Source: an uncultured Nitrospiraceae bacterium (GTDB taxonomy: Bacteria; Nitrospirota; Nitrospiria; Nitrospirales; Nitrospiraceae). From it: a stretch of DNA of 64,000 nucleotides. The DNA lies in the NCBI GenBank assembly GCA_963706325.1, contig CAVPLT010000007.1, forward strand, positions 160,001-224,000. The letters run 5' to 3'. Below the pieces are notes generated by a model. The model was given only the letters and a program-made list of their open reading frames with translations. It was not told the origin of the DNA and made no database searches. Positions 56,117 to 64,000 of the stretch are shown in pieces (the stretch's first letter is position 1; each line of letters starts with the position of its first letter). A program made the translations under genes and the position numbers.

Positions 56117-56716
56117 TTACCTCATATCGAGCTTAATAAACTTAGAGCCCTCGAGCGTGAGGTTGTACATGAGGCCCTTTTGACCGAATACGAATCCGAC
56201 AATCGGATCGTTGATTTTGGTGGTATCGATCGAGCCTCCGGCGCCGGCCGTGACCAGCGCGACCGACCCGTCAACTCCGGCTTTCCAGCCCTCGCTCCTC
56301 CGAAATGCCTTGAGGCTTTCTTCCTGCATGAAAACCAGCACCACCGTTTTTTCCTGAGCGCCGAACTGAAATCCAAACGATGCTGAGGCCATACTGTAAT
56401 AGTCGACAGATTTCCCCTCGATGCGCAGTGCCCCCTCGCCGTACTCGCCGCCGAAACCGAACCCTGCCTTCAGAACATGCGGAAGTATAAGCATCCCTTT
56501 GCCGCTTGCCAGAAATTCTTTTCCGCCGGGGACTTCCTGTTGCAACTGCTCCAAGGCTACATCGACGCTCACGTCGATCTCTTTGGCGGTTTTGGCCTGA
56601 CAGATCTGGGCGACCGACAATGTCAGAAGCAACGCCATCCCGACAGGCCACAGCCCCGCGGCGGATGGCCAAGACTTCTGACGACTCCATCCGATCTTTT
56701 TTCTCACATCACTCAT
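56117..56716 (-). CDS. Ysc84/SYLF-domain exported protein, paralog of 34337-34918
   Basis: AKEIDVSVD...KAGFGFGGEYGEG...QKGLMYNLTLEGSKF. Confidence 0.88.
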   Translation of the reverse strand: MSDVRKKIGWSRQKSWPSAAGLWPVGMALLLTLSVAQICQAKTAKEIDVSVDVALEQLQQEVPGGKEFLASGKGMLILPHVLKAGFGFGGEYGEGALRIEGKSVDYYSMASASFGFQFGAQEKTVVLVFMQEESLKAFRRSEGWKAGVDGSVALVTAGAGGSIDTTKINDPIVGFVFGQKGLMYNLTLEGSKFIKLDMR

Positions 56717-56865
56717 CGAATCACCTCGGCTCCAGACTGACCGGTTTGCTTCACCTTGGTCGAATAAAAGATTTTGCCCGTTGCAGGATCGTTTGTCTGG
56801 TAGTAGTTGCTACAGCCAGCGGCCAGGAGTGCTAAGCCGAGTCCGCACCTCGTCATCGCCGTCAT
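56713..56865 (-). CDS. 50-aa putative lipoprotein, possibly truncated (not in ORF track)
   Basis: MTAMTRCGLGLALLAAGCSNYYQTNDPATGKIFYSTKV...; LAAGC lipobox; TGA overlaps the next ATG. Confidence 0.5.
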   Translation of the reverse strand: MTAMTRCGLGLALLAAGCSNYYQTNDPATGKIFYSTKVKQTGQSGAEVIR

Positions 56866-57205
56866 GTAGATAGTTGCGCATAATATTCTCTTTCATTTCA
56901 TTGAGGTTGTGCTGTCTTCGATCCGTCGAGTGCAGACCTACCGGATTTGGCGCTTAATATACAAGGGGAAAAATTGCGCAGCAAGCTGCGCCCTCGCCTC
57001 GACTCGAATTTGTTTTAGAGCCGGAGGTAGCGCGATCTGCGTTGCGGTCAGCATCCCGCCGATCGTCTTAATCGGATGACCGCTTCAGGGTCACCGCCGC
57101 CTCTAGCGATCGCCTCGTCGAGAATGTCACATCGACGGATGATTTTCTTGCAGCGATGGAAGGGGTCTTTATGGTACATGAAGGCGGCTTTAGAGAACCT
57201 ACAGC

Positions 57206-58339
57206 TTGAAAGGGGTGGCTATGATGCGGTGTGAAGGTCTCAGCTGGTTGATGCGCAGAGAACACATGTGCTCTCTTGCAAGAGTCTCCAGCTGGTCGGT
57301 TGCCTTGGTCCTGGTGGTTGGCCTGCTCCTTGTTGTACCTTCCCTAACAGCGGCACAAGACGTACAGCCCGCGGTACCGATGGAAGGGCCAAAAGCGGTC
57401 GAACCGCAGGCAGATACCCCAAAACCAGAGCCTCAGGTAGAAGGCCCAAAGGCCCAGCCGCAGGCAGAACCTTCACAGACTCCGACTCAAGCAGAAACCA
57501 CCAAGGTGGAGGTCCAGGCAGAGGGAAAAAAGCCCGAAACGCGGGCCATCAACCCCAAAACCGGCGAACCGTTTCCCGAAAAGTTCATGATCCGAGGCGG
57601 ATACAATTATATCTTCAACGCGGATACGAAATTCAGCATTAATGGCCCCAGGAATATTGGAGCGACGGTTAATTACGCCGATCAGTTGGGCGGCCAGCGC
57701 GAAGATAGCTTGTACAAGATCGATTCGCTTTACCGCTTCAATCCCCGGCACAGCATCGGCTTCAGCTTCTACGACGTGAGGCGAAAAGGGAATCGCGCCC
57801 TGGATCGGGACGTCACGATCGATGACGTCACCTATGCCGCAGGCGGCAACATCCAGAGCGAGCTGAATTTCAAGATGTATCGATTTCTGTACAACTACTC
57901 GTTTCACCATGATGAGAAGGTCGAGTTGGGGCTTTCCGGCGGCATCTATCTCGCCGACATTCAAGCGAAATTCAATTCGAGCCTGACCTGCACCGGCGGA
58001 GCGACGTGCGGAGCAGGGACGACATTTACTCCCAATGGCACGTCTAGCAGCTTCACCATTCCACTTCCGACGATCGGGCTGTTCTTCAATTACAACATCA
58101 CTCCCCGGCTCCAGAGCCAAGTCCGCTTTGATTGGTTTTACATAGAGACGGCGCAATTCAAGGGCGCGATGACGGAAGCCTACCTCGGCTTGGAATACCG
58201 GCTGTTCAAGAATTTCGGGCTCGGTGCAGCGTTTGACCGTCTCAGCGTCCAGACGGACATCGATAGGAAAAAAGGCGGAGGATACAGCTTCGACAACGAT
58301 TGGAACACCGTATTTCTTTACGGCTCATTGTACTTTTGA
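57206..58339 (+). CDS. Outer-membrane beta-barrel with Pro/Glu-rich N-terminal extension (start uncertain)
   Basis: Signal peptide, alternating beta-strand pattern, C-terminal YGSLYF. Confidence 0.75.
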   Translation: MKGVAMMRCEGLSWLMRREHMCSLARVSSWSVALVLVVGLLLVVPSLTAAQDVQPAVPMEGPKAVEPQADTPKPEPQVEGPKAQPQAEPSQTPTQAETTKVEVQAEGKKPETRAINPKTGEPFPEKFMIRGGYNYIFNADTKFSINGPRNIGATVNYADQLGGQREDSLYKIDSLYRFNPRHSIGFSFYDVRRKGNRALDRDVTIDDVTYAAGGNIQSELNFKMYRFLYNYSFHHDEKVELGLSGGIYLADIQAKFNSSLTCTGGATCGAGTTFTPNGTSSSFTIPLPTIGLFFNYNITPRLQSQVRFDWFYIETAQFKGAMTEAYLGLEYRLFKNFGLGAAFDRLSVQTDIDRKKGGGYSFDNDWNTVFLYGSLYF

Positions 58340-58443
58340 CCTGGCGAGCGGGCTCCCCTGTGGGACCGTCTCCAGGCATGCGAGTTTGGCGAGATCCTTG
58401 TAAGTGACCTCTGAAGGAGTTGGGACCGTAGGCGAAAGGATTT

Positions 58444-59544
58444 TTGAGGAAGGCTCAGAATGTGCCATCTCTGCTCAGCGTTTCTTGGCGCGGGCCGGGT
58501 CGCTCGCCGAGATCGAACAGCAAACAGTCTCCGCAGCTTGGTCCGTGCGTAGTCAAGCGGTCACGAGCCGGACCGACATTAGCATTGGCCTGGCTTCTGG
58601 GTGCAGTGATGCTCTCGCCGGCTTTTACGCTCTTGGCCATCGGACAGGAGGTGCAACCTGAAACATCTGTGGATGACGGGCAGTCTGAGGATGACCAGCC
58701 ACCTAAGGATGAACCAGCAGAGGTAGACGAGTCCACTTCTGGTGTTGATGACTCGGCTCCCAGGCGTCGGTTTCTAAAAAGACTTGGTCCACAGCCGGTG
58801 ACTCCGGAACAGCGGGAGGAAGCCGAGCGCATCAGAAAATTAGCGGCCAAGTATGGAACGGATCCGACGGCGATCGTAAGCCGGATGCAGCTCTCTTCCC
58901 AACATGCCGATTTGGTTCGTGGTGCGCAGGCCACGGATACCGTGGCTCGAGTAGACCTCGCGCTCAAAGGGAATTTTTTGCTCCGTGTCGATACGCCGTT
59001 CCGCCGAACGCTCGATCTCAATCGTCCCGGCGCATCCAGTCCCCAAGGACTGGGCGACCTTTCCGCCCTCATTGGCTGGCGGGTCTATAACACACCTGAA
59101 TATGCCGTCCTCATCGGTGCTGCCTCCACGTTTCCAACCGCCGAGGAGCGCGGCTTGGGATTCGGAAAGTACACCACTGGCCCCTTCGTGGCCACGGCAC
59201 GGTTTCTCCCTCGATGGGACTCCTTTCTCTTCGGAGTATTTCAGCACCTCACCTCGGTCGGCGGCGACCCCGCTCGCCCGGCCGTTGCGCTCACACGCGC
59301 CGTCGGGCAGGTGAATACGATCTGGGCCGAGCGATGGTGGACCATCGTACAGGCGGTCTGGCAAGTTGATTGGGAACGAAGCGGAAAAAGCAGCATGGCG
59401 CTCGAATTCGAGGTAGGGCGAAGTCTGGTGGGACGATTCGGTGTGTTCGTGCGTCCGGGTGTCGGGATCTGGGGACGCGATATGATCGGCGCCTACGACT
59501 GGAACATCGAGGGAGGCGTTCGCTACATGTTCCCGAGTTTTTGA
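58444..59544 (+). CDS. Probable outer-membrane beta-barrel/transporter-like protein (start uncertain)
   Basis: DPTA...GLGDL...FPTA....LG.GKY..GP pattern; C-terminal RYMFPSF. Confidence 0.65.
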   Translation: MRKAQNVPSLLSVSWRGPGRSPRSNSKQSPQLGPCVVKRSRAGPTLALAWLLGAVMLSPAFTLLAIGQEVQPETSVDDGQSEDDQPPKDEPAEVDESTSGVDDSAPRRRFLKRLGPQPVTPEQREEAERIRKLAAKYGTDPTAIVSRMQLSSQHADLVRGAQATDTVARVDLALKGNFLLRVDTPFRRTLDLNRPGASSPQGLGDLSALIGWRVYNTPEYAVLIGAASTFPTAEERGLGFGKYTTGPFVATARFLPRWDSFLFGVFQHLTSVGGDPARPAVALTRAVGQVNTIWAERWWTIVQAVWQVDWERSGKSSMALEFEVGRSLVGRFGVFVRPGVGIWGRDMIGAYDWNIEGGVRYMFPSF

Positions 59545-59607
59545 GGTGTCGGAGCCACACACACATCGTAAGTGAACATAGCGGCGAGTGTTCCGAAGAT
59601 GTTGCCG

Positions 59608-60060
59608 CTACTTCTGCCTAGCATGAGGTCCCATGCCGGAGGCCTGTAGGCTACTGTGATGGCTAGCGTCGTTCGTGATGTCTTCGATTACTTGAGGCAA
59701 GCTGGAGGCGCGGTGCTTCGGAACGAATGCCGACGCCCCTGCCGCCCGCATCGCATTATGTATCATGCGGTCATCCATGGCGGACAAACCAATCACGGAG
59801 ACCTGTGGAAGCCTGGCTTTGATGCGTCGAGTGGCTTCAATCCCGTTCAGCCCAGGCATCTGCACATCCATAACAATAATATCGGGACAGAGAGCGATGG
59901 CCATCTCAACGGCGGAGAGCCCATCGACGGCCTCTCCGACAAGGTGGAAGGACGGAAATGTCTTGAGCATCCGCTGTACGATCCTCCGGAAGAGATCGGA
60001 ATCGTCCACGAGTAAAATGCGCACCGGTGGCACCGTTTCTAGCAAGACCTCGGCTTCCAT
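59608..60060 (-). CDS. Stand-alone response regulator receiver (NarL-like REC, no output domain)
   Basis: ILLVDD, PDIIVMDVQMPGLNGIEAT, AGASAFVPK; AAAGGA RBS. Confidence 0.88.
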   Translation of the reverse strand: MEAEVLLETVPPVRILLVDDSDLFRRIVQRMLKTFPSFHLVGEAVDGLSAVEMAIALCPDIIVMDVQMPGLNGIEATRRIKARLPQVSVIGLSAMDDRMIHNAMRAAGASAFVPKHRASSLPQVIEDITNDASHHSSLQASGMGPHARQK

Positions 60061-60338
60061 GGTTGTATCCTTTCGTTCAAGGTTGTATTGGTACGTAAGA
60101 GTCAAGGCCGGGTCTGGCGAGAACATTGACCCAGACCACACCAAATCGCATTGGAGGCAGCCCATGCCGCCGAACTCCTCACATCCGAACTTATGGTCGA
60201 CCACGAAGAATAAGAATAAGTTGTCGTATCGAACCGGTCTTCCAGGAAGAGATCACCGGGCATCAACGACCTCCATAAATTTGTGCACCTGGAGTCGCCG
60301 GACCCCACGCGACACCTTATCGGAGACAATTGGAAAGT

Positions 60339-60367
60339 GACATCTGGCAAAAGAGGAGGTATCCTCT
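60339..60367 (+). repeat. 29-bp direct repeat, copy 1 (upstream of luxR)
   Basis: GACATCTGGCAAAAGAGGAGGTATCCTCT; 27/29 identical to 61800-61828. Confidence 0.8.
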
Positions 60368-60390
60368 AGCGGCATAAAAGGAGGCAAGGG

Positions 60391-61221
60391 ATGGACTCCA
60401 GAGCTTTCTCACCGGGCTCGACCGCCACGCGACGTCGTCAGCTGAGCTCCCGGTCGAAGGAGGGTCGAACGGGAGTTGCGCACTCCTCTCAAGACACCGC
60501 CTCTCTCCGTGAGCTGAAAACCCTTGCGTCTCGATGTGGCACTCCGAAACAGTTTCGTGATCTCCTCTCTTCGCTGAAGAACCTCCTCCCTTACCGAAAT
60601 CTCATCTGCGGATGGGGATACCCTTCGAGTGCAACCATCGGGTTTATCTTCAATCACAGTTATCCCACCGAGCTTGTGCGCTGGTTTTTCGCAAATGGCA
60701 TGCTGTGGAGGAGTCCGGTCTTCAAGGAATGGCTCCGGACGAATAAGACTCAAGTCTGGCTCGATGTCGCAAAGCGCCTGAGAAAAGACTTCGACCCTGA
60801 ACTCCTCCTGCGGCTCCAACAGCAGAAGCTGGAGTATGCCTTCTCTGGCGGCATACTCAATGAGGACCTTTGGGTCCATTTCTCCATCAACATGGAGTCG
60901 GAAGAGAGCTGCCGCGCCCACTTGAGGCGATTTGAGACCATCGTACCGGTACTGGCAGAAGCGCTCATGCGGGCTTGCCCTCGGCCGCTGCTCACGGATC
61001 GCGAAAGAGCCATTTTAGAGCGCCGCGCGATGGGGGAGCTCATCAAGCAGATTGCTTCCGCACAGGGTATCAGCGAGCGTACCGTGCGGATGCACCTGCA
61101 GCGCATCAAAAAGAAGCTCTACACCGATGACCTCGTGAATGCCGTTGTGATCGCGGTTAGAAGCGGAATGCTTGCACCATTATGGAAGGAGTGGCGCTGG
61201 CGAAGCCGTCACCGACGTTAG
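60391..61221 (+). CDS. LuxR-family regulator with autoinducer-binding-like N-domain (LuxR solo)
   Basis: SYP...SPV...VW N-domain; LTDRERAIL...G...KQIA...GISERTVRMHLQRIKKKL HTH; GGAGG RBS. Confidence 0.88.
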   Translation: MDSRAFSPGSTATRRRQLSSRSKEGRTGVAHSSQDTASLRELKTLASRCGTPKQFRDLLSSLKNLLPYRNLICGWGYPSSATIGFIFNHSYPTELVRWFFANGMLWRSPVFKEWLRTNKTQVWLDVAKRLRKDFDPELLLRLQQQKLEYAFSGGILNEDLWVHFSINMESEESCRAHLRRFETIVPVLAEALMRACPRPLLTDRERAILERRAMGELIKQIASAQGISERTVRMHLQRIKKKLYTDDLVNAVVIAVRSGMLAPLWKEWRWRSRHRR

Positions 61222-61342
61222 GAGCCGGGCGAAACCTTTGCCATCGAGGGCAGATAAGGGCTGCCGCCGATGCCCAAAAGGAGACGTTCATGCATCGGAT
61301 GCGTACCTCATTGTCGAGCCCCTCCATGATGCGAAGGGGAAG

Positions 61343-61723
61343 CTACGGTGTCTCCTCTCTCGCCTGGAAATGTCGAAGGCATTTCTCCCGTAAGAGATCG
61401 GTATCCGCAGGCATCGAAATATAGTCCCGTGCGCCTTTTCGAATAGTTTCTTCCAAGCGCTCGTGGGTTGAAAAGGAAGACAATACAATGACAGGGGTCT
61501 CGACACGCAGCTTCTGAAGGCTATCCAGCACGGCCATTCCGTTATGGTTCTGCATGTCAAAATTCAAAATGACGCCGTCGAATTTGGATGTCTTCGCCCA
61601 TTGATTTCCTAGGATTGTGACAGCATGTACCCAGACAACGTTGAACCCTATCGTATTCAGCCGAGTGCGCAGCACTCCCTGCTCCTCGAAATCATCACCG
61701 ATCATCAGAATGAGACCGCGCAT
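61343..61723 (-). CDS. Atypical (pseudo) receiver domain protein
   Basis: REC layout (LMIGDD...FDGVILNFDM...G...PVIVLS...GARDYISMP) with Asp->Asn and Lys->Met changes. Confidence 0.78.
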   Translation of the reverse strand: MRGLILMIGDDFEEQGVLRTRLNTIGFNVVWVHAVTILGNQWAKTSKFDGVILNFDMQNHNGMAVLDSLQKLRVETPVIVLSSFSTHERLEETIRKGARDYISMPADTDLLREKCLRHFQAREETP

Positions 61724-61799
61724 TGCCGCTCCTCCTAGACGAAGTTCTAGGGCATCCGTTCGGCCCTGGATGACACCCTATAGGAGAAGAAACGCAAAG

Positions 61800-61828
61800 G
61801 ACATCTGTCAAAACAGGAGGTATCCTCT
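61800..61828 (+). repeat. 29-bp direct repeat, copy 2
   Basis: GACATCTGTCAAAACAGGAGGTATCCTCT. Confidence 0.8.
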
Positions 61829-62093
61829 CCGGTGCGTCTCGCCTGTCTCCTCCCAGATCTCTTCTGCGGATAGGGTATCCCGGAATGATCAAGGCTCGGG
61901 GTTTCACTGCAGGTTGCCCAGAAGGTGCAAGGGGCTTAGCGGTAAATTATATCGAGGTCGTCGCTGAATCTTCCGGCGGTATTCTTTGTCGGATCTCTGC
62001 ACGGATTCTCTGTCTTCGCCTCTAAATGTGGCGATCAATTGTGACGCAATCTTGCAGGTGGTTGCAGTGTCTTGACTGCGTCGATCTGTCCCA

Positions 62094-62113
62094 ACCTGTC
62101 AATTCTGACAGTA
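62094..62113 (+). promoter_or_regulatory. lux-box-like site 8 (ACCTGTCAATTCTGACAGTA)
   Basis: Upstream of the barrel gene; TATTCT 21 bp downstream (62135-62140). Confidence 0.78.
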
Positions 62114-62278
62114 TACGAAAATTGTCGTTCACAATATTCTTCAGTCTGCGCCGTTCAGTCGAAAATCAAGACGGCAATTCATACGCGTGAGGCATAGGAG
62201 ACTCGCCATGTTGCCTGTTTGCCTGCTGTGATGCGGTAGAGACATGGTGTTGACATGGGTACAGTAGAAGGAGTGTGT

Positions 62279-62971
62279 ATGAGAAGGTATGTTGGAAAGA
62301 TCGGCGGCTCAATATTTTCGCTCTTGGCGCTTCAGTTAATGATACCTTCCTTCGGTGCTTCGGCGCAGGAAACGGAATCCACCAGGAAGGGTCATTGGGA
62401 AGTCATGCTGTCTCCTCAATATACGCTGGCAAAGAATCTCGGTTTCGAAGGGGGAACGACCGCCAAGATTGAGGATACCTTCGGCTTCGGGCTTCAGATA
62501 GGCTACAACCTCAATGACCATTGGAATTTGGCGGGGTTGTTCTCTTGGAGCCAGCCCGATTACCATGCGCTGGTCCAGCCGTCAGCGGGCAATCCTTTGC
62601 CGGCTCGGTCGACTAGCGGAACGCTCCAAACTAATACATTCGCCTTTGCGGTGACATATCATTTTTTGAAAGGTCCGTTGACTCCGTATGTCGACGCGAA
62701 TCTGGGTGGCTCTCACGTGAATACCGATATCGCTTCCGGTCCTCCCGTGGTCGGGTGTTATTGGGATCCATGGTACGGACAGATATGCGGTGGGTCTCAA
62801 CCGACTAAGTCCGACACCTTTCTCAGCTATGGCATCGGCGGAGGTCTGCGGTGGGACGTTAATCAAGTTTTTTTCTTGCGTGGAGGGGTGAGACAGCAAT
62901 GGGTAGACCTTTCCCATACGGGCACCCCCAGTTTCACGATGGTCAAACTGGATTTCGGGTTTAAATTCTAA
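62279..62971 (+). CDS. Outer-membrane beta-barrel (OmpA/OmpW-like)
   Basis: AGGAG RBS, signal peptide, LTPYV...G, CYWDPWYGQIC loop, C-terminal FGFKF. Confidence 0.82.
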   Translation: MRRYVGKIGGSIFSLLALQLMIPSFGASAQETESTRKGHWEVMLSPQYTLAKNLGFEGGTTAKIEDTFGFGLQIGYNLNDHWNLAGLFSWSQPDYHALVQPSAGNPLPARSTSGTLQTNTFAFAVTYHFLKGPLTPYVDANLGGSHVNTDIASGPPVVGCYWDPWYGQICGGSQPTKSDTFLSYGIGGGLRWDVNQVFFLRGGVRQQWVDLSHTGTPSFTMVKLDFGFKF

Positions 62972-63021
62972 CGTAAGATTCAGACCAACTGGCATTCGAT
63001 TGTAAAACCAAGGAGGCAGTG

Positions 63022-63564
63022 ATGCATGTGACCAAATTTGCCCTGATCTTGATGAGTGGTGTCTTGTGCCAGGCCTGTGCCTCAGATCCACAGCAGGCCA
63101 AGCCGAGCAGTGCCGCGACAACGGCGAGCCGTCCCAGTGCGACTGCGACAAAACAGCGCACGGACAGTACGAACATGCAGATCTTGTGGGACAAGGTGAA
63201 AGCAGATAAGAAGCTGCTCGTTGCGCAGAACATGGACCTCACGGAGGCCGAAGCCGCCAAGTTCTGGCCGCTGTACAAGGAGTACCAACGGGAGCTGGAT
63301 CTCATCAATCAGCGCATGGCTGGAACGATCTCCGATTACGCAGATGCCTACAGGAGTGGCCCTGTCGAGGACGAAACTGCATCGAAACTGCTCGGGGAAG
63401 CGTTGGCTGTGGAAGAGTCGGAGGTGGCATTGAAAAAATCGTATGCCGACAAGGTCAGCGAGGTGTTGCCGGCAGCCAAGGCGGCGCGCTATATCCAAAT
63501 CGAAACAAAGATCCGATCGCTGCTGCGACTCGAGCTGGCACGAGCGATTCCATTGGTCTCGTGA
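63022..63564 (+). CDS. Hypothetical exported helical protein/lipoprotein
   Basis: AGGAGG RBS; DKKLLVAQNMDLTEAEAAKFWPLY...AARYIQIE. Confidence 0.75.
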   Translation: MHVTKFALILMSGVLCQACASDPQQAKPSSAATTASRPSATATKQRTDSTNMQILWDKVKADKKLLVAQNMDLTEAEAAKFWPLYKEYQRELDLINQRMAGTISDYADAYRSGPVEDETASKLLGEALAVEESEVALKKSYADKVSEVLPAAKAARYIQIETKIRSLLRLELARAIPLVS

Positions 63565-63831
63565 AGCCTGTGCGGCCACAGCGTTTTCTTGGCACGGAGG
63601 TTATGGCGAGTGGATCAGAGCGACGCATGAGAAGCAGCGATTCGCCGCTACTGGGTCCATCCGGACGAACCGGAGGGCCACCGAGAGATGCGATTGATCT
63701 GCGCGCTGAATGCAGTAGCCCGAATCGCGCCTGTCATCGTGCAGCTGCTGGAAGTTGAATTCGTTGCCCGAGTGGGAGGTGATCTCGGGTTGAGTGAAAG
63801 CAAGCCAAGATACGCAATGAGGTCACATCCC

Positions 63832-63999
63832 TCATTCGATAATATTGCCGAATTCGACGTCAGCTGTGGCGACCATGCCGGACATCCCTGATTGAATGCA
63901 ACGCAAGTAATTGAAGGCGAGATCTCCGTAGAAGTATGTCGAGCCCGTCAGACAGGTCATCCGGGCCAGAAACGCGCCAGATTGTTTCACCTCGAGCAG
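63832..63999 (-). CDS. Possible 3' end of a gene entering from beyond the window
   Basis: Open frame ...FYGDLAFNYLRCIQSGMSGMVATADVEFGNIIE*; no family recognised. Confidence 0.3.
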   Translation of the reverse strand: MLEVKQSGAFLARMTCLTGSTYFYGDLAFNYLRCIQSGMSGMVATADVEFGNIIE

Positions 64000-64000
64000 A

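Overview
64 kb bacterial accessory region, probably from a Nitrospira-like organism (inferred from the atpG sequence and a recognisable repeat element; not verified). It has no rRNA, tRNA, CRISPR array, integrase or transposase. Left part: the 3' end of zwf, a solitary atpG, and an ~18 kb glycogen/pentose-phosphate/phosphoketolase cluster (fba, ackA remnant, xfp, glgP, LOG, GH63, histidine phosphatase, pgi, tkt, glgX) bracketed by two apparently identical ppk2 genes. Right part: envelope and secreted proteins (patatin, PldA, four Ysc84/SYLF proteins, several beta-barrels, an RND tripartite pump, an MltF-like protein, Cax, a GH13 enzyme, a frameshifted arylsulfatase), many gene remnants, a MITE-like element, and a non-canonical LuxR solo flanked by two stand-alone receiver domains. 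Main finding: eight intergenic 20-bp lux-box-like sites (consensus ~ACCTGTCASTTTTGACAGTT). Each is oriented with the downstream gene or gene remnant, and seven have a -10-like hexamer 20-21 bp downstream. This suggests one LuxR-type regulon spanning the window.
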